In this document: positions 38,861 through 53,300 of the stretch, piece by piece
How the letters are laid out: each line of letters begins with the position of its first letter
Position numbering within the stretch: the first letter of the stretch is position 1
DNA from: Geosiphon pyriformis uo1
Taxonomy: Eukaryota; Fungi; Glomeromycota
DNA: 64,000 bases
Assembly: GCA_016748015.1 (NCBI GenBank)
Contig: JAAOMT010000003.1
Coordinates: 872,373-936,372, forward strand
Direction: 5' to 3'
Notes under the pieces: generated by a model
The model's input: the letters and a program-made list of their open reading frames with translations, nothing else
Databases searched by the model: none
Told to the model about the DNA's origin: nothing
Position numbers and translations under genes: made by a program

Positions 38861-39496
38861 GACAAATTATTAATTAGATATAATTTTTTATTTGCTGTAT
38901 AAATCGAGAATTTTTGTGTCCAATTTTGAATAGGGCGTTGTTATACACTCCATTATTGGATTTTTTACATTAAAAATTTCCAATCCTCTTTAATATATTT
39001 TTAGAGGAATTTTCTTGCAAACTATTCTTTTAGGACAATTAAGAAAATGATGAATATTTAAATTACCCTTAAGAAAGTTCAAATTTAACACAAATTTATT
39101 TTACTTCCCAAATAAAAATTAGAACCTCTGTGGAATAAAAAATTTCATATAAAATATTCCTTCCCAATCTTGAATTATTCAAAATTAGTGTTAAACCTGT
39201 TATATCCCTATAATAAAAGGAAACTTCTTATCATCAAAAATAGTGGGAGATAAGCATGCTTGCTCTATTTCAAGAACCAATATCAGTATAAAAAAGGTTT
39301 AAAATAAATCAGTCTATTGCAAGTTAAAAAATTCCAGCATCATTTCTAATTGATGTGGTATCAAGCATAGTGTCTCAAACGATAAAATCAGATTTAATCA
39401 AGAAAATTCGGAATCATCTGTGCAAAAATACGTTTTTTGATTTGATTAATCTCCTCAAAACCATAAATTGAGTTATCAAGAAAAATTTCAAACTTA

Positions 39497-40859
39497 TTAA
39501 TTCATCGAAGGCAAAAATTCACGACAATCTTTGAATGTGGTATCAAAATAAGGCCCAAAATGCACTGATGTTCCTTTACCATCAGTCCCAGAGTTACATT
39601 CCTGGAAAATGAAAATTGAATTAATCAAGTCATCGCATGAATTCAAACATTCGAATAGTTTTGACCTAACATACCATATTTTCCCCAACTTTATCAATGG
39701 CATTTGGCAAGTAACCAAAGCACTGAAACACATCATATCCTAATTCAAATCGATCAAAATCTTGTCTCGGACATTCACAGTCCTTGGGCACAATCCAAAT
39801 CTCCCTTTCGTGATGTTTGAAACGATAATTCTTCGGCAACAGGGGCATAAAATTTGGAATAAAATCATTTGAATGTGTAACACGGTAGACCGGCAAGCTA
39901 CGATTAATATAGTCTGCAAAAACGGTGTTTCCGAGCCTTGGTTGACCAAAGCTAACTGCGACAAAATCAAAGTTTAAAAGATTATTTGTTTCTTCGGAAG
40001 AATATGAAAGAAAGGCTTCTTTCAGGAAAATTGCTGCCAAAACTGCGTAGACTTTTAAGTAGATAGTTAAATTTTCAAAAGAAAGTTTAAATTAAATGAT
40101 GGAATCTAAAAGACAAGATAAAATTTACTTTGAATTTTCAAATACCTCCTCCGATTCCATGTCCAGTGAAATAAATTTTAATATCTCCCGTTTCCAAAGT
40201 TTCAATGGCTTTGCTTAATCTTTGAGCAATCGGTAACATAAAATTCTGCACATCAGAGTACCATCCGTATTCCACAAGCGCACCCTCCACTTTTTGATAT
40301 TTACTAAGCTGCATTAAACTAGCAATCGATTCTTGCATCTCAGGACCAATAAAATATATGATTAAGTTTCGGCTTTTAAGATCAAGAAGAAAATTGGCTT
40401 CAAAATCGATAACGAAATTTTAATGATTGAATCAAATAAAGTCAATGAAAATCAATGAAGCTTCGTAATAATACCGTTTTTTTTTTTAGAGCCTATGCTA
40501 CCCGGAGCGGAAGAGTAACAATAACCCATATTGGCATAACGAGCCATTTGGGCTAAGAAAAAGGTTTCGTTAACATTTACCGGGATTTTGGGTGGTGATA
40601 CTGATGAGTTATAAGCGTGAAAAGGTTGTCCATCATCCATTGCAATTTTATTCGAAAAATTCCTCCGTTTGATATGTTGAGTAAATGAGTTTAAATGTCG
40701 TTTAAGCTTTTCCTTGGAAATACTGTTCTTTTCTTTCCTGTTTTGGACAATGTCTATTGGTTCTTTTAAAATAAAGCTCAATATATTTGCTATTATTACC
40801 ATAATTCCCGTAATCAAAAGAACTATTTTGATAATCAACCACCCTTTTTTTGAGTTCAT
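39497..40859 (-). CDS. Type-II membrane-anchored class-3 lipase homologue lacking the catalytic Ser (GHGIGG), 4 exons
   Basis: N-terminal TM helix, MARYANMGYC, YFIGPE, IYFTGHGIGG, FGQPRLGN, THSNDFIPNF, HHEREIWI and VHFGPYF. Introns are GT-AG and the frame is intact. Confidence 0.9.
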
Positions 40860-41746
40860 ATTTAATGGGTTCAGTATTTTAGAAATAAGATAAGAGATTA
40901 AGTTGAAATTTGCCCTTTTTTTTATAGGTACCCAACAAAAATATTCTATTGTGATTAATCGTTGAAAATATTAGGCTGATCATTGTAAATCGAGGCAATC
41001 AAGTAAACTAAAGAAATGTTATAAGGCGAAAATAAAAACCCCTACAGCTTTAATCTTTAACTGAAATACTATTTACTTTTTAATGTTTGGAGTCATAACT
41101 TTCTTATCAAAAATTTCAACTGAACTTGAAAGCGGCAATGATCAAATTTTTCTCACCACCAAAGGTCGTTATTTTTTCGACTTATTTTTTTTTTTTTTAT
41201 ATAAAAATTTATATTGATCTAGATGAGAAACTCTATATCTGTGTATTTCAATATGTTAATTATGTAATACTTTTTTTCTTAGCTTTTATTTAATTTCATT
41301 TCAATCGAAAAACTTGATCGCAGTAATGAACTTCTGAGAGCATATTTTTTAAAGCTTCTGATGAAACAAGCAAACCTTTTTGTAGTATAAAATCTTTGAA
41401 AAATAGCTTTACATTCCCAATTGCTCATGAAAAAACTTAGCCTTTGGATATTTTATTTTCAAAATGAATTGCATTCTATAGATTTCAGATCGATTTTATT
41501 AAAACGAACTGGAAATTTGTGTTGGACTGAACTTTTAAATACGATTCCAAATATTAATATAGCTCAGGTGTATATTGATAAATCTAAATGTAAATTTGGA
41601 TGAACTAGTCAGCATTATAATATTTTTTAAATTGTTCTGAACATCCCATTTAATTTATTCTATTCTTTTGTTACTGAGTTTTGTTGGGGCTTCACCAAAA
41701 AAATTTGATTGTCTTTACTTTCTTTTAAAACTGCTCATTCCATAAA

Positions 41747-43387
41747 CTAATTATGTAAGTCAAGATCAAGACTATGAAGATTCCCACTTTTAGTGATGAA
41801 CTGTCGAATCAGATTTACAACCATCTCAGGTTGCTCTTCTGCAATATAATGTCCTCCATTTCTACGTGCAATTGATAAATTTGAAACATATTTTTCAAGA
41901 TTTTCTAAACAGAGTGTTACATCCAAAGAAATATCCTGTTCTCCCTGAAATTAGGGGAAAAATATTAATATTACATTTGAAAAAAAATTTCGCACATTAT
42001 CGATTTCTGAGTGAATTCAAATGCTTACCCAAATTACTAAAGTAGGAATTCCAATGTAGCCTACTTGTTTTAATCCCCGAATCTTCTGATCTTGATAATA
42101 GCCTGTTCCTGCCCCACTTCGATAATAATTTAATGCGCCAGTTATAGCTGCGCCACCATCTACCATAAAAGCCGCTTTAAATAATTCTATATCTTCCTTC
42201 GTTAGAAATTCTTCGGGCATGTTTCGAAATGCCATATCCAAGAAGCCCAGATCTTTTATACAAAATAAGCTTTCGGCTATCGGAGATGGTAATTGAATAA
42301 GTCCGATATACGAACTTTTCCTCAGTTGATTGAATAGTGGTAATAGTTTCGCGACGGACTGTCTCAGAGTTTGCTGAGGATTCCGAAATAATGATAAACA
42401 GGTACGAACATGAAATACATCTTTTAATGACCGTAATATATTATCGTTCAATACGGCCATGTGAGGTGCGTTTATAATGACAAGTCGGTCAATATATCCC
42501 GCTCTATTGGCATCTTGTTCCCACTCCCAACTTTGCGCGGCAGCTTGCCATGCCAAAACACCACCCCTGAAATTCAAATTAAATTAAAACAGAAATTAGA
42601 TGGAATAAAAAAGGTTATTCGTTGACTCACCAATCATGAGCCACGACACATGCCGCACGTCCATTATATGACAATTCATGAATAAAAGTACGAATATCGC
42701 TCAAAAGGTTCTCAGATGAGTATGCATTTACTTGGGTTGATTTAAAGCTGCCACCATATCCTCGCTGTTAAAAATAAAAATAAGGCAGTTAGCATAAAAT
42801 GAAAGAATGATATTTAATATTATCGGCAAAGCAAATCATGAAATAATCTATTGACCATATCTATTGCCACAAGATGGAACTTCAAATCTTTCAATCCTTC
42901 TAGAGTATGCCGCCATGCGTACCAAAACTTCATGCGGAGAAAATTCAAAGTTAGGTTCATTCTTAATCCATAGCATTGGAGAGAAAATCTCCCAGATCGA
43001 ATGAATGGGAAACTCTATAAAGAATACCTGTGGGAAGCCATGCAGGAACAAGACCAAAGGCCCATTGATATCACCAGCTTCAAAGTAGTGAAAGATTTTA
43101 TCTTCAATTTTGAGTGTTTTATGACTGCCATATGCTGTATCTCGAGTGAATAGTTTCGCCGCTACTACGCATTATTAATACTATTAGACGTTTAATAAAG
43201 GTTCAATTCCTAAGATTCGAATATTTCACTCACGTTGGCGTCTATCCTTGATCCTCCATATGTTTTCCCGCGTTATTAGCCAGTCTTTCAATAACTTTAA
43301 GATAAATATGATACCAACGACAACACCTACAATCACTAGCAGAATCTTTGATATAAAGCTGACGGCTTTGGAAAATGTCGGAACCAT
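41747..43387 (-). CDS. Alpha/beta hydrolase, epoxide hydrolase (EPHX3/4-like) family, N-terminal TM, multi-exon
   Basis: HYFEAG..GPLVLFLHGFPQFWYAWR..VAIDMRGYG..VAHDWGG (Asp nucleophile)..NAPH..LNYYR..PTLVIWGEQD..HYIAEEQPE. Confidence 0.9.
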
Positions 43388-45790
43388 AAAGTTCAAAAAA
43401 AAAATTAAATTCGAAGAGAATATGAAGAAATAATGGAAGGTATTTACAATGAAAATGATCTAAATTTTTTAAGGATTGAATATTAATAAAATTATAATTT
43501 TCAAAGAGGGAATTTCCTAAATGATTTTGATAAAAATATAAACGCCATCAAATAATAAGATCAATAAACGATAAAAAACCCAGAGCATATTTCTCATGTG
43601 AATCAAAGAATTCAACAACACAAATAACAGCTTTTTTGCTCGATATATTCATGATAACTTTCGTATTTACAGGTAAACAATGCAAAGGTGATCAATTTTG
43701 CTACGGAATCTTGTGAATTTGCGGCTTTATGGAATTTCAAAAACTGGTGAAAGACCTGAAACTTGTCACAGTGACTTATGCTGATCATCTCGTCAGAAAT
43801 TGGCTAGATGTGATTATATGAAGGATTCCCACGAATTCTGAGCTCGTTTTTGATTCCCTTAAGTAATTATTTGAAACGACACTTTGTTATCGGAGAATCA
43901 CTAACGAAATATGACGGCATTGGTCTGGGACCAAGCGAATCTTTTTTGATTGAGATCTTAAATAGTGATACTTTTTAATATCTTTAATGAGGGCAAATAT
44001 AATTCCAGATTTTAAAACAAGGTAAAAAAAGGAATTGAAAAGATTTCTTTGATAGTCGCTAAAATGTGACCAGTATCCCCGGATTAATTTATAACGATTC
44101 GTAAATTTGTTGATTGAAGAAATAATTACTTGCAATATTAAACATCAAAATATCTTAACTATCAGTTGATTGTTAAAACCGTTTAATATTTCCGAGTCTT
44201 GGAACCTGATTTTCCTATGGGATGATCGCAGCTTCATAGGATTACCCGCCCTTTGAGAGTTAGACTATTCCCAGTCTGACTAGTCCGAATTTCTTGGATT
44301 TCCCCGGCCTCACACATATACCCGAAATAGCTTATTAGAAATAATGGTGTTAAACATAATATCTAGAAATAATAAGATGTTACCCACATTGGTTAATATA
44401 GTAATAATTGTTCTTTTGAATCTTTTTATTACGAGTTATTATTTTTAAATATGTTTTGTGCACAAAATTATTATTTGCAAACTTAAATCCTAAAATCGTA
44501 TTTATTTTTTAAATTTTTAATAAACAGTAAAAATTTTATTGCATTCATAAAAAAAAACATTACAAAAATAATTTATTGGTCTTAGAATAATTTGAAATTA
44601 TTACATCTTACCATATTAGTCATATTTTTTATCTATAAACTTAAAAATTATTTGGATTTATTACATTTTAATGGTTTTGCATTTTACATTTTATGAAATA
44701 AATATTGTGTATTTTTATTTTAAAAAAAATAGCTATTAATCTTACTTAACATAATAAATATTTTTAATTTAATTATATTTTTTTACTTATATATTAAATT
44801 GTAACGTTGTTAGCTGTTAAAAAAATTAAAATGAAAACATTATTTAACAATATAATTAACTATGTATTATAATTTAATAATTAAAAATTTAACATAAATT
44901 TATTACAACAAAATAAAATTATCTATTGTATATTTAAAATACATGATAAAAAAAATTATTGCTTTTTAAAGTTTAAAAAGTGTTTCACTTTCCACAAAAT
45001 AATTTTTGAAAAATCAAAAGATATTATCTTTTTATAATTTACATTGTTTATAGGCCAATTTATAAAATATTTCTTGTAAAAAAATTAGAAACTATAATTT
45101 ATTGTAAAATATAATAAATTTATAACATATGCTTATGTTTTTTAGCTAATTAACAGTAAATTACAAAATTTTATTTTATTTTTTATTTTACTATAAACAA
45201 ATATATTATTAAAATTAATTTAAATATTAATATATCAATCTTAAATAATTAGAAAAAAATAATCTATAACAAAGATTTTTTGTCGAATTTCGATTAATAT
45301 TTTAATTTCAAATTACATATATTTCTCAATTATACAACTTCAATCAAAAAAATATTTTAAAAATTTAAAAATTTTGAGTTTTTAATCTATTTTGAAATAA
45401 AAAAACTGTTGATTGATTAGTTTAATATAATTTTTTAATAAAATTATTTTTTGCAAATTCAAATTAAAAGTTATCAAAAAAAAACTGCATTTTACTATTC
45501 AGTTATTTTTGAATTTTTTTGATTAGTAATTGCCAATTTTTATTAACAATTAGCAAATAAAGACATTTTATTTTGAGATTAGTTCTAATTTAATTGAAGT
45601 AATTAGAATTATGTAATAAAAGATTATTTCATCAATAATCAAATCAAAAATCAACATCATTTTTAAGCATTAAATATATATTTTTTTTATAAACTTAACA
45701 AAGAATACACAACTTTTGTCATAAATAAAAATATAAATTTTGATTAAAAATAAATGTATTTTTGAAATATATATTATAATTAATCATATT

Positions 45791-46537
45791 AGAGAGTTTG
45801 CGCTACAATGATTTCTTTCTAAATTTACTCCTAGCAGTCCCAAATGGAATTCCTTGTAGAACAGAGTTTGCGCTACAATGATTTTCCTTGTAAATTTATT
45901 TCTGCAATTGGCTAGTGATGTCACGTAATTTTAATGCAAACGCGTATCAAATCTCACCATATGGAGTCCGAGAACTTGACTTTTGACAGCCTGCGAATGG
46001 CTACACTTCTGCTACTTCATAAGCGTCAACAGCAACTGGCCATAATAATGAAGACAATATTTGAACCTGAACGTCCATTGATTCCCAATACGAGACTTGA
46101 TCTAAATGCACTTGATGAGGGAATGTGTGTAGCATTTTTCCGGTATGAAGATTAAAGTTTTATATGATTAATGTGACAATAATGTTTTGAAAAGTATATT
46201 GAAGACAACGGCTTATAGATTCAACAAAACACAGATAGAACAACTTGTTGAACACTTCCGAATTCCATCAGTTAGTATAGTGAATGCTTATTCACTAACA
46301 ATAAAAATGGTCCACAGTCTTAAAATAGGTTCGAGAATATCTCTCTTAGGTTTGGACATATTGTAAGACATACCTTGTCAGCTTTTGGGCTACAGATTGC
46401 AAAAAATTAGATAACAAAAATCTCTTACTTGTAGAGGAGATCTACAAAGAATTCCGGTTTTAAATTTCTTTGTACAAGCCACAAATTTGTGGCTACAGGT
46501 AAATTTACAAAGAAAATCATTGTAGCGCAAACTCTCT
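45791..46537 (+). mobile_element. Internally deleted PIF/Harbinger-like DNA transposon
   Basis: ATT|AGAGAGTTTGCGCTACAATGATTT ... AAATCATTGTAGCGCAAACTCTCT|ATT gives TIRs and a 3-bp TSD. The spliced ORF ..LDLNALDEGMCVAFFR^FNKTQIEQLVEHFRIP resembles the N-terminus of Harbinger transposases. Confidence 0.82.
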
Positions 46538-48191
46538 ATTAAAATGAATTCCAAAAAATTGTCATTATATTATTTTGGTAATTTTTAAAGATGTTGAATA
46601 TTTTTTGATTTTGCAAACTTTTATAAACACCAAAAATTAAATTAAAATTAATAATTTTATCATGAAATTTAATATTTTAAAGTTTTGTATTAATTATGTA
46701 ATCTATTTTAATTATTATTATATTAATAACTCAAATTATAAATGTAATTTAATACAATAATTAGATTATGCATTATCTTAAACTTTGTAATATTTGAAAT
46801 TTTAAAAAGATATGCCAAAATAATCCTATTAAAAAATGGATAAAAATCTACTTTTTTCAAAAAATATATTAATTAGTAATTTAAAAGTTTTAATATTTAA
46901 ATATACTAAAAAAATCTATTTTACTAAAATCATAATTTAGAAAAACTAAAAATTTTTGGATTCAATTTTTTGAACTTAAAATTAACTTTCTTATATTTAT
47001 ATATAATATATTTTAAATATATATATTGTTAAAATTTGTATAGCCTTAAAAATGACTTTTATATCAATATTCGTATAATTTTTAAATACTTTTAAAACCA
47101 AAAAATTTAATGTTAATCACTAAAATTAAGTTATTAAAAATTCTTAACATTCACAAAATTAAATAACTTATTATAATAGCATTTTTTTGGCTTGCAATAA
47201 ACCAATTACTGTCCAAAAAACTGCAATTGATTTTACAAAATATAATAAAATTACATAATTTTTTAATAAGTTGTTTTTAACTTTGATTTACAATATATTT
47301 TTAAGTGCTCGTCTCAGTTATTCAAATTATTTGAAACAAAAATTACTTATCTGCAATTTTTTATTTACAAATTAAAAGCCAAAAAACCAAATTAATCAAA
47401 TTTTAAGAACTTAAATTATTTAAAATTTATTAAAACAATTTAGTAATTTATTAATTTATTAATTACAATTTTATTAGATTTTAAAATTTACAATATATTT
47501 TATGTATTATTATTGAAATTTTATATTCATATTACTTTATCAGATTATTTAATTCATAAATATTATTTTAAAACGATTAAAAAAAGATTTTAATTTTTTA
47601 ATTATTTAACATTAATTATTCAAATTACAAAAAGTTTTATATAAATTAAAATACTAAAAATTATTAAAAATATGAAAAAAAGCTTTTTTTTTATTAATTT
47701 AAAATAGAAAATTTAAATGCTTGGGCCCAAATTTAATTCTATTATAAATTTTTAAAATTTATTTATTTTTTTATGCAATTACATTAAAACCGTTAACTTC
47801 AAAAATAAGTTCATATTAAAATTTTCGAATTTTTATTATTATATTTTTCAAAAAAACAATCATATTCTTGAAAGTAAAAATGTATACAAAAAAATATAAT
47901 ATTATTATTTATGCTAAAATTACATTAGAATACACATAATTTAATATTACCAAATTATTTTTGATCCCAATATACAAAAACATATAATTTTTAAAAGCCA
48001 TGTTACAATCTACTTAATATTATTATTTGTAATTATTCAAGAAAAAACAAAAACCAAAATTTAAAAATTTGTTTTTTAAAAGTTGATGCTTAAGCATTTT
48101 TTAAAAACAATCATCAAGAAGTTTTAATTTGTTTTAATTTTATTATTATATTATTATTATTTATTTTATCAGTTAATTACTTTCAATTAAT

Positions 48192-48226
<35 letters not shown>

Positions 48227-49004
48227 TAATTTTTTCAATAATTTTTTAATCTAATCAATACTAATTATTATTATTTTGTTTTATATACTTAATTTATTTT
48301 ATTTTATTTTTAATTAAAACTTTGGTAATTTATTTTAATATTACTATTATTATTATTTACTATTTGTTTTTGCATTAAATTATTATCAAAACCAAATCAT
48401 TATATATTATATAAAGATTTCAAAATTTCAAAATAATATTAATTTCAAAAATTTTGCTTTCTATATTATATTAGGTGATCGGTTACATGTAGAAAAAGCA
48501 TGAGCATCAAATGTCAAGTTTTATAAATTTAAATAAAAGTTGAATTTTATTTTGTAAAGCAAAAAAAAATTATATTAAAAATAAAGTTATTATTGAAACA
48601 ATAAACTTAGTAATAATAATAATAATTTATAGTAAAATATTAATGATTTGAATATTATTTTTATTAAGCTTAGTATTGGTTTTATAATTTTTTATTCAAA
48701 AACTATATTTAGTTTGATAATTTAAATATTAATGAGCATATTTGAATAATTTTATTTTTCAAATTAATTGTAATTTATTTTAAAAAAAAACTCAATGAAA
48801 AAAGCTCAAATTTATTAAATTATTTTTAATAAATCTGTTATGTTTAATTATCTTGACCAAAAATTAAGTTTACAAAATGCTTATTGCTACTATTTGCAAT
48901 TTTTAATTATTTTTTAAGATTAAAAATCTTTTATTCTTATTTTTTAATCACACTATTACTATTCTTAATTAAATTTTCAATTAATCATTCTTCCAATTAC
49001 ATTA

Positions 49005-49338
49005 CCGTATATGACCGAAAATAAGAAACCTATTTTTGTGATCATCAAGTCCTCTAAAATGCAAAGTTTCTTATTTTCGAATCTTTTCGCCTATATAGTA
49101 ATACAGAAAAAAAATCTCTTATTTACTTTCCTATTTTTTTTAATGTATCATTTCAGATGCATTTTAACGAATTAAAAATTAAAATAGTAAATTTAAATAT
49201 TAAAGATATTATGTTTAGTATTAATAAGTTATATAAAAAATTTTCTAAAACAATTAAAAGTTTCTTACTTTTCAAACTTATTATTATTTTACAAAATTTT
49301 TCTGAAATTAAAAGTTTCTTATTTTCAGTCATATACGG
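49005..49338. mobile_element. Tc1/mariner (pogo-type) MITE
   Basis: TA|CCGTATATGACCGAAATAAGAAAC ... GTTTCTTATTTTCAGTCATATACGG|TA, with an internal repeated aaagtttctta(t/c)tttc motif. Confidence 0.8.
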
Positions 49339-50312
49339 TATAAATTTTATATTATAATAAATTATAAATTTTTTCAAAAATATTATTTTTAAAAAAAATT
49401 AAAGATTTCTTATTTTTCAACTTTATTATTATTTTATAAATTCTTTCGGTCAAATACGTATTATCTTTTGATTAATCATTTTTTCAGTTTCTAATTACAT
49501 TATCATTTGTTAGTTAATTTTTTCCTAATTATTAATTTTTCCCGATTCTACTTATATCATAATTTCTGTATATCGCTTTTATTATCTGATCTGATCAATA
49601 CCCCCCCCCCTTATTTTTATACATTTTTAATTGAAACTCTATCAGTTTTAACCTAATAAAATCCTTATTATCTGGTTTCATAGCCGTTTCCAAAGAATTG
49701 AGCAAAAAGGTGATATGCACCACTAATTGAATATTGATGATTAATTCAGTCCATCCGTACATTAAAGGACATTACCAAGATTTCAATTCTCCAAGAAATT
49801 ACTTGATACACGTATATTCAAATTTTTTGGAAGAAATTAGCTATCTTTAATAAAACTACTCAAATTCAAAGATCCGTAATTTTAAAGCTTCTTCGTCCTT
49901 GTACGAAAATCTTTGGTCAAGAAGCTCATCATTGAGTACAGCTTCCCATCTCTTATTAGCTGAAGAACTTATTTCCAGAAGTAGCTCGAAACTATTTTTA
50001 AAAAAAATCACTTCGCTATCCATCTTTGATTCAATTATTTCATGATTGTTCATTAATGCTTTATCTAGATTCAAACTAACTTATAATGTTTGAGAATTTA
50101 CTTAAATTTTCGGACATATGTATAGGATCAAGACTGATGGTTCGTGAAAAACAGACATGAGTTTTGAATAGTTTAATAAATGAAGCTATATATATATCGA
50201 AGGTTAAAAAGGTTTCAAGTAAAATAATGATATCGTGAAATATTAATAAGGGTAATGGGCAAAAAATGGAAGATATCACGCACGAAATTGGTTAATTAAA
50301 GCATTGAAATCT

Positions 50313-53300
50313 TTAGCCTTGCTCAAGTCCAACATTTTTGTTCTTGCTACTCATATTTCCAGGTGTTAAAACTTCATCAGCTACTTCTGTGCTTGCATCT
50401 GACATAATAAAGGTCGTCCCATCAAGTGTGTCTCCCCGACTATATTTATCATTTTCACCGACAGAAGAAGCGTTTTTGTCTTCACTAGTGAATAAAGGAG
50501 CTTTTTGATGATTTGGTATTCGGATGTATTGAATCGAGGTGAATACTTTCTGAATCAATTTCATTAACAACACAATGGCCCCGGACGTCAATGCAACTAA
50601 CGGTACAATATCATTTGTTATGACGTTTTGTCGGTAAAGAATCTGAAGAACAAATAAAGTGGATAAGAGAAACATTTATATAACTAACTAAAACATACGA
50701 AAAGCTGAAGAAAATATACCTGAATAACAAATTGAGGAATATCTTCAATAAACAGATGAGCCACAGTTCCCCAAAATATTAGAGTGGTTGTTGTTTCCAA
50801 ATAAACGGCACTAAAGATGTTTAATCCGGCAAATTTTGAAGCAGGAATTGTGAGAGCATCGATATCTGCTAATGATAACAGCGTAAAAAAAGACCCAACT
50901 TTTCCGTATCGAGTAAACCAAGCATGATAATCTGTGGAATGAAAGAACAAAAGGTTTCAAAAAAAATCAAAAACCCATTAGATGTGCCTAATTCAAAAAT
51001 TTTACCAATATTATGATGTATTTCTCTAATCATTATCGTGCAGGCAAAGCAGAAATTGATCAAGAGCGCCATGATCAAGATGATAACACTGTTATTTGAA
51101 TCCAAAAATTAGTAGTGCTTTCTAATTTTCTTCAAAATTTTGAGTTACATTTTACTAGACTTACCTAGGCCAATACAACCAGGGGACATCTTTACCATTG
51201 AGTCTAATAAAAAGAACATCAAATACGAAGTCTACGATAATAATAACCATCTTGAAGAGGGACAAATTGTCTCCCTAGAAAATGCCAAACTTGAAAATTT
51301 AGCTTTTTAAACGCTTTTTTATGAAATATTGACTATATTTTACCTCAGGGTAGGTGCGCCTAGCAAATAAATAAATTCCACATAGGATCAATATGCCGAT
51401 GAGTGCACCAATAAGTAAAAGTTTGTATTTTTCCCAGACATTCACTATGAGTTACGAGAATGTTACAAATAAAACATATGTCATGACAAATTTGTTAATT
51501 TATTAAATTCAACTTGCGAAAATAAAAGAGAGCGAGAAGACCCACTTGTTAGACTAAATCCATACTCCGAATCCAAGTAAGATGTCTGATTCCCAAGTGA
51601 GATTGCGGTTAAATGTTTATTTTTGATGAGGACATTTAAATCATCCGCAATCTCTTGAACACTTCTTTGAGATGAGTCCCCCGCAATGATTTTGAAGGAT
51701 AAAATTATATTATTTTTGCCTGATTTATATTGATCTCCGTAGGTCGGAAATATATGTGAAGAATCAACAGGTATCATCCCAGCAAGTTCATTTTTCATTT
51801 GGTCATAAAAGTTTTGTCGCTCAGACTTTCCATAATTCTTATATATTTCTGTCCCCTTATTGTCGAGCATAACTATACCAACCGCGGAGGCTAAAAGAAA
51901 GATAACGAAATTTGAGAAAATCGAAATAAATAAATATTTCAAAATGGGTTTTTATGATTTTTCTCATCTTACATGCAAATTTTTCATTCGTTGAGTTTTC
52001 TAGTGTTTAAATGTTAAAAATGAATATAAGCTTTTGACCAAAGTGATTCCAAATCAGCGAAGAGTAAGGTATTGGCTTCACTTGCCTACGGTGAAAGTCC
52101 AAACCTTATCAGAGATTCCTGGTAAAGGTTCGTTATAAATTGCATCGCGAACAAAGTCTGGATCCACTTGAACATAATAGGTATTTCCTGGAATATTAAA
52201 TGTGCTTTCAAGCACATCTATTATTATATTTGTTCCTTTTAAGTCACAACTTGCTGGTTGTACGGATTGTCGATAATTATCTCCGTTTTCATCGTAACTG
52301 AATATGGTAATATTGTTATATGAAATCTCCACGTTTTCTCTATAAGTGATCGAAATTTCTGTAGCTCCTCTTTGGATAAAGCTCCCAATAGCTGGATCTG
52401 TCTTTTCGATTTTTGGGTTAGCATAGTCATTCACTAAAAGAAAGATTATTATTAGACATATTCGGCAAGTGGATCAATATAAGTCATATAATACCTTCTT
52501 TGAACTTAGGAAGCTCAGTTGATACGATAGTCCAACTAGTATTCGTGGAAGTTGATAAAAACCAAATACTATTGTTGGTAAAGTATCCTAATGTGGTCAA
52601 TAATGGAACATCTGGCGGGATGTTCAATTGGCCATATATACTACGATCGTCCTTGCATATAATACCAGACACATGATTACTCCATTGGGTTTCATTTCCA
52701 ATAAGATTCCTCAAGAAGAAAATATAACCACCATAGGTCAAAGATTGTATGGCAAGGACTGGCCGTTCATCTTGCAAAAATTTTCCCAATTCAATTACTC
52801 CTAGGGTTGCTCCAGTTGAAAGAAATGAAACTTCAAGCCAACTTGTGGCATTGTTCCGATCCGTATTGTCTGAAGCTAATTTCAAGATACATGAGTGTCC
52901 AGGTCTAAAATCAAATTTTGTACAATACTGAATTTCAAGCGAGTTGATTGTCAAAGAAGTTTCATAGAGAGTGTACGGTGGTGTAAATTCATTTGAATCT
53001 TCTCGTAAAAAAGAAATCTGAGCTTTCCATTGTGGGTCCACCACCTCGGACAAATTTTTCGGGGTATGTGTGAGATTTGTGGTGAAAGTAATGGCAAAAG
53101 AGCCATCCAAGGTTGGGAATGGGATGACATCTTTGGAATTTGTGTTAAATTTGCCAGTTCGACCTATCGTAATATTTTGAACTTTGTTACTGCCGAAAGA
53201 GGAGAAGAGTTATTAATAGAAAAATTAGCAATTTACAATATACAGATTTTGGCTTCTGAAATTGCTGCTCACGGTTGAGATATTTGTGTCCATGCAATTG

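Larger units (their letters stand above)
44380..49600. repeat. Extremely AT-rich block, probably decayed transposon DNA (hosts the PIF element and the MITE)
   Basis: Composition and absence of credible genes; boundaries are approximate. Confidence 0.55.

Noticed and set aside
49153-49377. Overlapping Ile/Lys/Asn/Phe-rich ORFs
   Set aside because: Chance ORFs inside an AT-rich MITE.
49856-50279. Short ORFs downstream of the membrane-protein gene
   Set aside because: No ATG start or recognisable motif; a gene relic is possible but unsupported.
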